This document shows positions 13,696 to 26,294 of a stretch of DNA of 64,000 bases, piece after piece. A program made the position numbers and the translations under genes. The notes beneath the pieces are model-generated. The model was not told where the DNA came from. It made no database searches and was given only the letters and a program-made list of their open reading frames with translations. Each line of letters begins with the position of its first letter. Positions within the stretch are counted from its first letter, which is position 1. Source of the DNA: Kudoa neothunni (Eukaryota > Animalia > Cnidaria); the NCBI GenBank assembly GCA_964304625.1, contig OZ199838.1:13679002-13743001 (forward strand), read 5' to 3'.

Positions 13696-14170
13696 ATTGA
13701 TATATACTCAAGTATTAGTCGCACTTTGAAAAGAAAGGTTTTCAGTCGATACAATTTTAACAGATAAGATGTTTTAGCTAAAGCTAAAGCCAATGCAAAA
13801 AATCAAATGTATCACATAAAACAAGAAAATATTTCTTTTAAGTTCATTTAATTCTAGTATTTCTCAAAAAATAAGTTTCAAATGATACAGGTTTTCGTCG
13901 GTTAAATCGGAACAAAAGTCGCTCTCCTCAAGTAGACATATTCTTTGCTCAGCAGTTGTGGTATCGTCGTGGATCTGGTCAACCTCTTCACTGTTACTTT
14001 CTACTTTTTCATTCTCCAAAAGTATATATCTTCACCATCATCCATTGAATTTGATATGCCGCATGTTTTGAATGATCTTTGGATAATTTCTGAACTTATT
14101 GATTCCCAATAATTTTTCACCCAGCCAGCTACGATAAATAATACAGGTCTTTTAAAATTTTCTATTAGTC
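13696..14170 (-). mobile_element. 3' remnant of a pogo/Tc2-like transposon
   Basis: Minus-strand translation VAGWVKNYWESISSEIIQRSFKTCGISNSMD matches the C-terminus of the pogo transposase at 47735-48055. TIR-like tatatactcaagtattagtcgca at ~13700 matches the TIRs of the 46566-48227 element. Confidence 0.7.
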
Positions 14171-15109
14171 TTGTGTAAGTTTATTTCGATGAGAACATTT
14201 CTTAAAATTAGAAATGATTATTTCACGTTTATAAAATTAACTCCACATTTACTGGATGTTTTCCCCGATTGAACCTACAAATAAAAGCATATTTCACTAT
14301 TTCTAATTTGAATTTAACATCACAACAATCGCTTATTTTATTGCAATAAATTATTCGGAGATAAACATCAGTTATTATCTTTATAAAACCAACAAATATT
14401 TTTGAAATTTAATCAATAATTTAAATAATTTAATCCTTAACGCCTAAACATCGGATTTGCGCGTAGACCATTGTATTATTTTGTTGTTTTACGTGATATA
14501 TTTTGTGTAATTTCGCTAAAAGTTTAATTAATTTTATTATGTCCGTCGATAGATAATACTTTTTAACACTCTAACGGATTTGGGGTGTATTGCACCCCCG
14601 GCCACATCTAATGTGAGAATAAAATTTTACAATTTCTCGTAATAAATTGAAATTTAAGTTACTGTCCTATATTTATTAAAAGCACCACATATCAAAAACT
14701 TGGCTAAAATATAAGTTCAAGTCATGTCCAATAAAAATTCCATCCTCTAACGGGCCTGGGGTGAAAAACACCCCTTGATTTTTTTTACTTATATTAACTT
14801 GAAAACTTATAAACAATTAAATGAGAAACTCCTGTAAAATTTCATCGACAAATTTCCAAGAAAATCGGCAATTGGTATCCCACCTAATCCAATTCGGCAT
14901 TCTTCGCCGATCGCTCGAAAGTTTCCGTTGGTGTAATATTGAGATTTTCCTATGAGATAGACGGAGAAACATCGATTTTGTCAGATATATCGGGGTTTAA
15001 TAACTAAAAAAGTTCACTTTTGAATTATAACGTTAAAAAATACTTTAACGGAAATTTTATTTATTTTAATTTTTTTTATAAGGTAAAACCCCTGGCGCAG
15101 CTTATTAGG

Positions 15110-15410
15110 TTGTGGAATTCTGGGTGGTCAGACCTCTTCCATTAACGCTGTAAGCACCGCAGGACGTAACATGAAACCCCGCCCCTTATCCTATCCTTAT
15201 GCGGTAGTGTGGGACTTTAACCCACTAAAACATCCTCATATCAGAGCGACCACCACCCCATCTCACAACGAGCGTACATTGTAACCACAGCTGCCAAATA
15301 TGGGATAGAGGCCCACCGACACGGATGCAGTAGTCTGACCACCGGCGAATTCGAACCATTACCACATGGTTCTGAGCCCGAGTGTCACATCAATGTGCTA
15401 TCTGTCCTCG
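15110..15410 (-). mobile_element. tRNA-derived SINE (~300 bp)
   Basis: GC-rich island. Minus-strand head has an A-box-like TAGCACATTGATG and a B-box GGTTCGAATTC. Flanked by a 9/10 direct repeat gcttatt(a/t)gg (15100-15109 and 15411-15420). Confidence 0.75.
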
Positions 15411-15448
15411 GCTTATTTGGAAGTTGTAACTTTTTGAGCTATTTAGAG

Positions 15449-16899
15449 CAGTGTTTTCCTACAGAGGTGCGGGAGTCATTCAAGAATAAATTTAAAAATT
15501 AACCTTAGTTTATTCATTCCGTAATTTTCGTTAGTCCCTTTTAAATCATGTAAGGACGTAATGCGTACAATAATATTTCCGTTTGTTTTGATATCAATCA
15601 GTTTCGATTCAACAATGGGGTTTGATAATTTATAATTTATTCTGTTTGATTCTACGAAATAGCGCAGTAAGGTAATAGTTTATATTAAGCCTGTTCAGCT
15701 TACAAAATCTATCGCTATTTTCATGTAAAATCGTAATTTTGTTATCTTTCAAAATAGCATATTTATATGCTTAAGCTGTAATTAGATTGTAAGCATTTTT
15801 ATCTTCTTAGAAATAATCTATATCCATAAAAATAGAACCACGATGTAATTTTAATTTTGTCTTCTGTCTAAACATGAGATCCATCATTTAATCGTATAAT
15901 TTTTCTTATGCTACGTTTCAAGTTTACTTTAGAATTTGTACCTTGCCTCTGATATAAATCTAAGTTAAATTGTTCTTTAAAGTATAGGTAAAACATTCAT
16001 TTATATAAGTGAATGTCAATTTTAACGATGTATATTAGTTATTTTAATCAAATATACTTAGAAGGCATATTTTTTAAATCTATTGAATTTTTATTAGCCC
16101 ATTGTCTCAAAATTTAAGTTAACATATGACTCAATGCAGAATAAGGAAGTCGCTAGATTTATTCAGCACAGGATAGAATATGAAATAAACTTATCGACTT
16201 CATTATATACAAATAATAAGTATTGGAATTCATTAAACCCTGAAAACGATTTTCATGTTTCATAGTCCAAAAAAAGTTCTTGCTTTTAATTACTTCTGAA
16301 AAACCAGCGAGAACAAGAGAACTGCCGAATCAAATAAATTCTAAATAACATTTGATTTTTAAATAATGTTTCGTGTTAGCTATACGAATTGGGTATTTAT
16401 ATTTGGCTCATTTAATTTTCATCTTCAAGTACATAACTTTTTTATGCGACCATACTTTTATAATATAGTATTACGTTTATATTTATTTTTTAAGTCTGAT
16501 ATTTTGGAATACTTATAATAACATAATTTATTCGAATTATTTATTACTTTACATAAAAATGGTATATATAAGCAGGAATGAATAATAGCTCCAATCACTG
16601 AGTGTTAAGTCATGAGGAATGAAAAGATATGGCTCATCCTTTTTCAATTATACATAGCAAATTAAGTTAACCAAAACATTTTGGTTTTAATTTTTTTTAG
16701 AAGTAAATGGGAAAATTTGAAGTTAAAATATAAACTAAAATAATAAAAATTTTAATTTGATATTTTTCATTGGTATTATTATTTTCGCATTTGAATAAAA
16801 AGTATAATTGAGTCTTGACATTCAAATGGAGGAGTGGGTGCAAAGTGAACGCGGAAATTAGGATGGAGGTACGGGTGTATAATTTGTGGGGGAATACTG
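15449..16899. mobile_element. Decayed hAT (Buster-like) element
   Basis: TIRs CAGTGTTTTCCTAC and (rc) CAGTATTCCCCCAC. 8-bp TSD atttagag/atttagaa with central TA. Confidence 0.8.
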
Positions 16900-17152
16900 A
16901 TTTAGAAGGTTAAATAAGATTCAATCAAAGGGACTAATCTTATTTTCCACCTCGTAAATTGAAAAGATAAATAAAAGTCTTTAAAATTTATTTTTTTCTA
17001 AAAACAAAATCATCTTGTCAAAGAATTATTCTGAATAACATAATGAGTATAGTTGTTTAAAATAAATAAAAATAAAAAAAATTTAATGTATACCAGTTAA
17101 AATCGGCATTTATAAGAAACATTGGAAAGGGTCATGAGAGGGCGATGAGTGC

Positions 17153-18200
17153 CAGGGTTGCCAGAGTTGGTACGTTTCCGCCCTAAATAAAGGTATTGAT
17201 ACTTTTGGTTTGACTTCAACGTAACTTGGTACCTTTTAAGGTCAATGAGTTTCGAGATAGAATTATTTAAATGCATGCCATATAATGAGATAATGTTTTA
17301 GGAGACTCGGCGCAGAGTATCCACTCATATCCTTCAAATAGCTTAAAACGTCAAAATGAATCACAATAATTATTCGACATCAAGCATCAGATGATATTGT
17401 AACTCTGCTGCACAAGATGGCTGTCTCTTGAGCAAGTAATTCAGAAAATATTAGAAGAATAGACAGTTCTCACAACGTTTCTCAAGGTTGGACCATAAGT
17501 AAACAGGGCTAAACCTGCAAATAAAACATTTGCACCTCTATTTAAACCCATAAATAAAATGTACTATGCATTTTTTAAATTTTTATCACCCATAGTCAAT
17601 AAATTCAAAGTTGAATTACAAGATGAGAGTTTAGAGTTCATAAACTAAGGAATTCCTCTGAAAATATTATAAAAATGTTATATATCGATTGTACATTTAA
17701 TTATTCAAATTGCGTTGCCTTTAAAAAAATGATTAAAACCAGTTATTGACTGTACTCTCGTTTTATTTCTGGAAAAATTTGACAGCGCACACGTATTGTG
17801 AACCGGAGATTTGCGATCGTTCCAGCTTGTTTATTCTCGGATTTTAAGCCACGTATGAACGAAAGCCTTGTTTAATGAAAATTGGATTCCAAGACTTTAA
17901 CTTAACACTGTTTTTGAAGGAGTGAAGAATTAAAACTGTTAATTTTTAAGGCCAGTCGCTAAATTACGTTAGGCCTGATCGAATACATTTTAATGAGAAA
18001 AGAATCATATTTTAACCATTTTCTAATTTTGATATGACATGTAGTTTTATTCAAAGTTTTAGGCAATTTAAAAAAAACTAGTATTTTTGAAAAATATGGG
18101 GCACGGAGCTGTTTTTCAAGAAAAAGTGGGGCGCGATAGAAAGAAAGTCGGGAAACATTATTGTAAGGGTTATTATTTAGAAGCTGGAAGTGAACACACA
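17153..18200 (+). mobile_element. hAT transposase remnant (right boundary approximate)
   Basis: Left TIR CAGGGTTGCCAG. Fragmentary translation LCCTRWLSLEQV contains the hAT TRW motif; many stops. Confidence 0.6.
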
Positions 18201-19677
18201 AAAAGTTTTGTAATTAGATTTTATCGGTAAAAATATCATAAAACTTGTTGATTCAGTAAATAAAAATATAAAAACAAGTTTATAAGAAATAACATATATA
18301 TATATATATCATTAAATTTTTAAATAAAACAATCAAATATTCATTGTAGTGAAAATTGGATATGAGAGGATTAAGTGATTAAAAGATTAACCTTGCGCTG
18401 CAAAGTCGTTATATCAACAACAAACCCCAAATTATACCATTTAAATCATTTTTATATCATGTATGATGAGATTAAAATAAACTAAGAATGTCAAATTAGA
18501 CATTATCGAACTCCAAATATTAATTATTACAGATTTTATTCCTCTTTAACTATCGAATAAATTCCAAATCTATTTTCTAATTTTATTCATTGTTAGGATT
18601 TTAATCAATGTGAATATTGTATCGACAAACAGGGTTAAGTAGCAAGGTCACTTGAAATTGAACATCTCATTTTCATACTACTGCACTAATTTTGCAATAA
18701 TCTCTAAATAAAATTCCGGTCGATTCGACATGCGAAAATTATATAACATAGTGGGAGTCAGGAAATGCTATAAATGATTGTTGAATTATCAAAAAAATAT
18801 ACATTTATCTGAATCAAAGAATAGCTAGCCATGTATTACTCGAAAATTCAGTGAAACTTTTAAATCAAGAAAATTAATGTTCTATTACAAACAAACAAAC
18901 AATTCATATTATATTTATAATTAATCACATACCGGTTCTTAAAATCCATATATCGTGTAACGTGACAGGAGAAAATTTAAGCTATTCAAATATTTAATAC
19001 CATGTGAAGACAAATAAAAGAAATAGTTCGGCCTAAATTTTTCACAGAGCTGGGCTGGCTCCTTGAGACATGAAGAATTATGTTAGTCTCGTGCAAAATT
19101 GTGATCTTGGTGACCTATTAAGAAGATAACCCTTCGCATTATGACAGTTTCAAAGTTAACTTTATAATTGAGATGACTGTGGAGGATAATCTATTTTCGG
19201 AGATAAACATCATATACCAATTACAAAAGTACAATTTGCAGTATATCGGTATAAAAGGATCCCCAGTTTACAATAATATAGATTATTGATTTTACGTTTG
19301 AAGCCAAACAGAAAATAAATAACATAAAACCTAAGCTCGAAATGCGTTATCCATTTGCAATCGGATTATACGTACGAAGGTGTGCCTTAGTTGAAATAAT
19401 GTGCACGGACAAAATCGTGAACAACTCGGTCAGCGTTATTTCACAGTAAGAGAATTTGTATGTTTTTTATTATCGGGAATTGATTTCCATGACTTAACAT
19501 TATGACGAAATGTGGTGGTTGATGATTGAATGCCATTGTTTTTAATTGTTACCTGGGTGCGAATTGATGTCATTCATCATCAACCACCACATTAAATATC
19601 TCAATCAAAAGAATTTTTTGTTTGAAAAATTTTAAAAGTTATACAATGATGTAGATAAAACACGACTGAATTGAAGA

Positions 19678-21072
19678 ATGGGTGGTCTCTTAGGATTGCT
19701 ACGTAAGTCAAATGATTTTGACGAGAATTTTTCTGCGACAATTGATTTCGAAAGTAGTTCCCATTAACAACGTTACGACTAGCATCTGACTGACCAAAAA
19801 AATAATTCAGTCAGTCAGTCAGTCAATCAGATGGCAATGTATTTCAGTTATTAATGTATGTATTTACAGATGTCGAACCATCCAAAGATGAAGAAGAAAT
19901 GTATAATTTGGTGAAGAGTGAATTCTTACCTTCGACCTCCATATTAGCCTTAATAAAACATTATAATGGCGTCGATACGGCGCTTAAAAAAGTGATCCAC
20001 TCTGCTTATTTAGTGCTGTCATAATCAATCTAATGGACACCAATTTAGAAAATGAACGAGACTAACGATGAAGACGCTACCATTAAAGTGTGGGAAACAT
20101 TGGCACCGTTGATCAGAGTGCTTAAATCCACATACGATCTATCAAAACAAATGGGTAAATATTAATAGTTTTTATTTGAAGTAGGAATTAGGAATGATAT
20201 TTTAGAAACATTTTTACCAAAACTGTTGTGTTCGTTAAGTGATGGAAAAAGTTGTACGGCCAATTTCGAAAACAAACAAGCATTGGCTGAGTTATTTTCA
20301 CGAATACTTGATTTTTCTATGGAATTTGATCTCATAAAGGTGTTATTTGGGTTGCCACTCAACCACATTAATATCGTTAATTCAATTCTAAACTCTCTTT
20401 GCAATCTAGATAAATAATCCAGCTATTGTAAACGATTTTACTTTTTATAAAAGAACAATAAGCAAATCCAGCGTCACTTCTGGAGTATACAATACATTGA
20501 CCTAATTGTTTATTCGCTTGCTTGTATAATCTACATCGAATATTTAATTGCTAGGGATTCAGTCTTGTGGTTGATGGTGCGAACGGTGAATTGATTAGCA
20601 AAATTGGATTTTTAATCTCAAATTCGTACCCATTCATGAATCTCATCAGCAGATGTACAATAGAACATTTCTCTGGTGAATCCGCACCAACACTCAAACA
20701 AGTCACCGAATCTTTAGCAACTTTGGCTCGTCTATGCAAATACATGGTTGAGACACCGTAATAATTTTAGTTTGTTTTAATTAAATCTATTATTCTTGTT
20801 GATTCGTTGGATGTAGGAGCGTTTATGGTGAATTCAAGAATCAAGAAACAAAACTGTTATGTACTCGAGTGATGGTGTCACTGATAGTTCTCTACGACAA
20901 CGTACATAAAGAGGGGATATTTATCAAAGGATCTCCCATCGATATTAGAGCCTATGTAAAATGTATCAAGGAGCAACAAGATGGCGACAGCTTGTTACAC
21001 ATTATCAAACATATATCCAAACATTTCAACAATCCCAGTACGCCCAACTCTATCAAGGTTCTGTTTGATTGA
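19678..21072 (+). CDS. CYRI: CYFIP-related Rac1 interactor (CYRI/FAM49, DUF1394), 7 exons
   Basis: Spliced product MGGLLGLL...IDFENVEPSKDEEEMY...QALAELFSRILDFSMEFDLIKINNPAIVNDFTFYKRT...RVMVSLIVLYDNVHKEGIFIKGSPIDI...KHFNNPSTPNSIKVLFD parallels CYRI-B end to end. Myristoylation Gly2 is retained. Six GT-AG introns. Confidence 0.93.
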
Positions 21073-21789
21073 ACCGATGTAAAATTTATTGCTACTGCTA
21101 CTGTGAACTTTCAAGCAGTTGCGTCGCAATTCGCAATTGATTTAGTTTCGTATCATTTGTTAGTTTCCTGCCCTACTTACAATTACAAAACTTTTCGTTC
21201 ATTTTTCCTCCACCAGTTACTCAAATAACATATTGTTTAAATAATTTGATGATATTTTAAAGAATTTTTGGTATAATGATGTCTATTTATGTATGGATGT
21301 ATTTGGTTTCTTATATCTATGACGACAGGAATTTTCACTGAGCTGGAAGTTCATGTGAACGGCGCATATGCATCATCGATTGTGTAACGTCACACGCAAA
21401 ATATAATTTTTTTAGAAATATATACTATGTTAAATTGAAATTATTTGCGAGAACATCAATTATTTAATTTTTGCTACCTAACCTAACCATGATTAGAATT
21501 TACTCTCTCGAAAATAATACAAAATTTTGTATCCACAGAAAGTTTAATTTAAATTTTTGAACAAGCAAAGTCTAATTGAATTTCTTTGAGGCTTCAAATA
21601 AAGTTGGGTTTCGTATTAATTAGGTTTTGGCGACTAGATTGAATCATAACCTCTGATATTCTTGTAGTACATATTTATCTAATCAGAAAAGATGTTTTGA
21701 TATTTATGAACATTTGCAGTAATTTTAATGTGATTAGAACACATTCCGAATAGAATGAGTTCCATAGACTCAACATTATTTTTTTTAAT

Positions 21790-21960
21790 ATTACAGGAGT
21801 GATAAAAATATTGAACGAGCATTCATAACAAATCCAGTTGGAGCAAAAACAGAGAAGAAAAGAAATTCTAGAGGAAGAGTTGTTGAATCAAATTATGCGT
21901 ACGACTGTCATCGAAAGAGAAACTTTATAATCTATCGTACGACAACCAAAAAATATTTAT
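21790..21960 (+). mobile_element. Possible Merlin transposase fragment
   Basis: Translation KRNSRGRVVES...IERE resembles the Merlin KRKYNRGR..WVFG..ER segment. Short and decayed. Confidence 0.35.
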
Positions 21961-22470
21961 TCTATATTTCATTTTTTATTATATTTAACCCTCTAATGCA
22001 ATGGTTCTTAACCTTTTTTCCTCGCGGACCCCTAATTTGTTTAATGGACTTATCACGGACCCCATCTTGTTTAATGCATAATCCAATCATACATTAAATA
22101 TTTTACCCTTTCGTTCGAATTGTTCTCTCCAGTGAACAGATAAAAAAAGACTTTAAATTATTGCTAAATTATCTATTTAATATTTAAAAAGAAATAAAAT
22201 TCAAAATGTATATAATTTTAATATTAGTTTAATTTAAAAAATTCTTGATGAAAACGAAAAATTTGGGAACGAAAGGAAAAACTTGAATTATTTATCTAAT
22301 ATCTCCAATTATATTAAAATATATTTTTATGTAAATTAATTATGTAAAGCTTTTGTTTTAAAATGTGTATTAAAAACTTTTAATCCCTAATACGTGAATT
22401 ATTTTTGGTATTAAAACAAAAAAATAAAAACTATGAAATACTTCTCTGTAATTTTTTTAAAAATTATTAA

Positions 22471-23177
22471 CGTTAGAAAGCTCACAAAAAATAGTTACAC
22501 ATAGGCTCAGTGGGTCCCTTTTTGGTCCAAGTATAAATTTATCAAATAAAGTCACCTAATTATCGTCAAATATTTTTTTAGAATTTATTTAACGAAAAAT
22601 GAGGAATGATATTTTGTGTAATAATTTCAGGAATTTATAAATTAAATTTATCCGTAGAGAGTGATTTTTGTAATATTTAACTACTCATCGAATCTTTTAA
22701 TTCTTTATCATAAATTAAAATTAATTTGGAAAAAACAAAAATTTGATATATTTAAAACTTTTTTTTCAAATCACAATATACGATATTGATAGGGGGCCTA
22801 CGTAAAAACGACGTAAAGTTGGTTGTCGAGTGTTTAAAAAAGAGATTAAGTTTCATACATCACGAGGTTTGCAATGTTTCGGAACAATACTTTCGACTTC
22901 AGTACCTTCTATTCCAAAACATATTTCAGCGTTAAATCATATTTAAAAGAATATGATCATAATTTACAGAAGTTGTGGAGCGACAAAAATGAAAGCCTGT
23001 TGTTGGATGGCGACCATGATCCCATAGAAACAGTTTTATGGCCTTACCGCGTAAATAACACTTCGTCGTCGTTTAGATTAAATTATGTTGAATTGTTTTG
23101 AGAAAATATTTGGCTATATTTTTATATGTATTTAATTAAATTTTGGAGCAAAAAGGGATCCACTGAGCTTTCTAGGG
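22471..23177. mobile_element. piggyBac-like MITE with TTAA TSD
   Basis: TTAA|CGTTAGAAAGCTCA at the left end and TGAGCTTTCTAGGG|TTAA at the right end. Inverted pair gctcagtgggtccctttttggtcca / tggagcaaaaagggatccactgagc. The terminus CCCTAGAAAG is identical to the start of the T. ni piggyBac TIR. Confidence 0.8.
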
Positions 23178-24950
23178 TTAAAAAGCGAACAATATGTAGG
23201 AACAAATTGCATGTTTTCGATTTAGTTATTATGTTTTTAGGCCACACTTAAAAATTAACATTTTCAAACCTGTTTTTTTTAAATATTTTATTACGTTCTT
23301 CAACTGTAGCAGAATCTAATTGCATCATTGCTAAAAAATTAAAATTGATATAAATAAAAATAACGATAAACGATTATATAAGATGAAATTATAAAATTTC
23401 AATATTAAATTAAACGTAAAATAACAACTTCATTCTTAACACTCGCGCATTAGTATATGTCATGGTTCTTACGAATATCTTTTGCTTTTTCTTACACAAC
23501 CGAACCGTGGTAAATCCAAATATATTTATAATTTAATTTCTATAATTAAATTTAGAAGAACAATTTATCGCAATTAATTCGCAAAGAACGCCATTCTAGA
23601 TACACAAAATTATCAAGCTTATCTTTAATTCTCAGCTTTTAAAATTCTAATAAATCTAACAAGGTAGTTATACCATTTTTAATCAGTTGGATCATGGAAA
23701 ATATGTGAAATTATAGAATCTGGTTTTTATTCTTATAAGAACAATCCATCTATTTGAAATAAAAATTCTCAATATGATGCAAATCACAATTAACATAACA
23801 ACGTCAAGTATGTATTAAACGTTGAGAAACTGAAGAATGATATCTCAGAGATACGCTGAACATTTTAACTTAACACCCAAATGGATTGAATGATTTCTGC
23901 CCGTTGATGGATAGGATATCTAATATTGTAAAATGTACCTAAAAATGTATTTTATAACAATTTTTCCGAAAATTACATGTTAATTAATTTGTTTTAAAGA
24001 AAATAATTGAGTTTTTTATTAATGCGCACGCAATAACCGTTGTTGACTGTACATCTAAAGGATTTATATATATTCCGACCTGGCAACCCGATTTACTTGA
24101 CCATCCCTGCATTAAAAACTCCAAGTTGAATCTTAAGATGAGTATTTTTCGCATCGAATATAACATAATTTTGATAAAATTTGAAATATGAAAGTATTAT
24201 AGTAGGTCATCTAATTTTATCCTTTAAAATCTATACTCAACGTTTCCCTGATGAAAGTATATTTTCCGATTTTTCGACTAGTGGAGAATTCGTTGGAGTA
24301 TGGCTTGATAAGGGTTGTCATCTTAAATAATTTTTAGTGCAATGTCTATCGGATATATCAATATTATGGCTTAGCCGATATTTATCACACTTGCCCACGT
24401 GACTCTCGCAACTTAATTAATTACGATCGGGATTTTATCTTGTAAACAAAAACTAAAATATGCGCTAATTTAAATATTCAATTTTTGACGCTTATTGCTA
24501 TAACTAATATAAATTTAGATGGTATTTCAATTGTTATTTTATTGATCTTCGTACTTGTTAAAAAGTTGCCCTCGAAAGGTTGTCAACATTAACCTAAAAA
24601 ATTACTTTTTCAAACAATAAAAATTTTTCACATGTAACTTTTTTTCATGCCCTATTTGTAATTTTCGAAGTTATTTGAGAGAAGTATGAATAAGATGGTT
24701 GATCTCAATCGATTGAGCTTTTTCTCAAATTCCTTATCAGCTTATCTAACTTCAAAATTAGATAAATTACCAATTTTTAAAATGTTTGGGTTATCATCTT
24801 AGAAAATATCATATTTAAAAATTGGTCCTAGGAATTTTGTTTATGCCGTTAGAATGCGCGAGTCATTGCTATTCCCCAATAGAATTATTGCAACAATATA
24901 TTCACGCACGCAAACTTTTTGTCATAGCCCTTCCATCACAACTATAAGCT

Positions 24951-26077
24951 ATGCCTATCAATGTATATACTACTGGAAATTCTGAAGTTTGCAGCCGACA
25001 GGAGCTGTTAACATGGATAAATACTCTTTTGGGCCAATCTTATAAAAAACTCGAAGAACTGTCCGATGGTATGGTGTTTTGCGCGGATATTGACATCTGA
25101 TGATTCCCTGTAGGGGTTGGTTACATCCAAATGTTGAATGTCCTTTTCACAGGTCGGTTTCAAATTAATCAAATGTTATGCCTTAATTTTGTTCATGGTG
25201 TGTAGATTGTATACCGGAAAATAAAATTAAAAAAAATGCACGAACTGAAAATGATAAGCTAGTCAATTGGAAGCTTATTCAATCTACCTTTAAAAAACTC
25301 TCAATCGATAAGGTAATTTGTTTTACCTTTTTTTCAATGTTGATAGAATGTCCACAACTTTTGACCTATTTGTAAGTAATATATTCGTATTTCATAGTCG
25401 GTACCTGCAGAAAAACTCATAAAGTCACGATTTTTGGACAATCTCGAATTCGCTCAATGGTTTAAGTGTTTTTATGATGCTAATATTACTGATCAATCTG
25501 ATACCAACGCAACCCTATCACTGGATAATACTATTGGTAGTGATGCCAATTCGGCTGATGATAACGCCAACCTAACACAAGATATCGTAATGGAGCCTGT
25601 AGTGGATCGTAGAAAATGTAGACGAATTTTGTGGTTATGTCTACGGATTGAGTTGTATGTATAGCCTCGAGTGAAACAAAAGCCGAACGTTGCTCATATT
25701 CTAATGAAACAATGGTTATGAGCAAAACTAACTCATCACTCGTCGATGCCACAATGCAAGTATCCGCTAATAATTTTTTCTTTCCGTAGCACCTAATTAA
25801 TCCTTTTATTTTTATAAATCTTTCAGCTGGATGCCCTGGCCCAAGACCTAGAAATCGCTGTAAGAGAGCGGCAATTTTATTATGATAAACTGAGAAGAAT
25901 TGAGGTCATTCTCGACAAATTTGACATCGAAACCAACCCTTTGGCTAACGAAATTTGTGAAGTGCTGTATGAAGTTGAAGTGAATTAATAGAGTTTAAAT
26001 TTATCCTCTTGCATTGATGATTTTAGGATGGTTTCGTTATTCCTGACGATGATGACCCTCAGCCGCAAACTTCCTAG
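24951..26077 (+). CDS. MAPRE: Microtubule end-binding protein EB1/MAPRE family, 7 exons
   Basis: CH domain [27 protein letters not shown] and [22 protein letters not shown] domain [13 protein letters not shown] and last exon DGFVIPDDD. Six GT-AG introns. Confidence 0.94.
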
Positions 26078-26294
26078 GAGTAGCTGTCCCACATACATCT
26101 TTTGCATTCACGATCCTTGGCGCTAACAGAATTAATCTGCCAAATTTTTATATACACTGATAAACTTATTGTCTGTTTTTTTGACATGGAGATTCCGTTT
26201 TATTTTTATGTGATCTTAATAACTTAACTCATTAAGGTAAGGTTTGTGGGGTCCTTTTTGATCCAGTCAGCGTCGCTTAATTTTTTATACTTAA

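Larger units (their letters stand above)
14567..16909. mobile_element. Non-autonomous piggyBac-like element carrying nested SINE and hAT insertions
   Basis: TTAA|CACTCTAACGGATTTGGGGTGTATTGCACCCC at the left end, with a second palindrome at ~14758. After removing the insertions, the right end reads ...ttggaagttgtaactttttgagctatttaga(g/a)gg|TTAA, matching the long-spacer piggyBac end. Confidence 0.65.

Noticed and set aside
15335-15410. Functional tRNA gene
   Set aside because: A/B boxes are present but there is no clean acceptor stem or cloverleaf, and it is embedded in a 300-bp TSD-flanked unit, so it is a SINE head.
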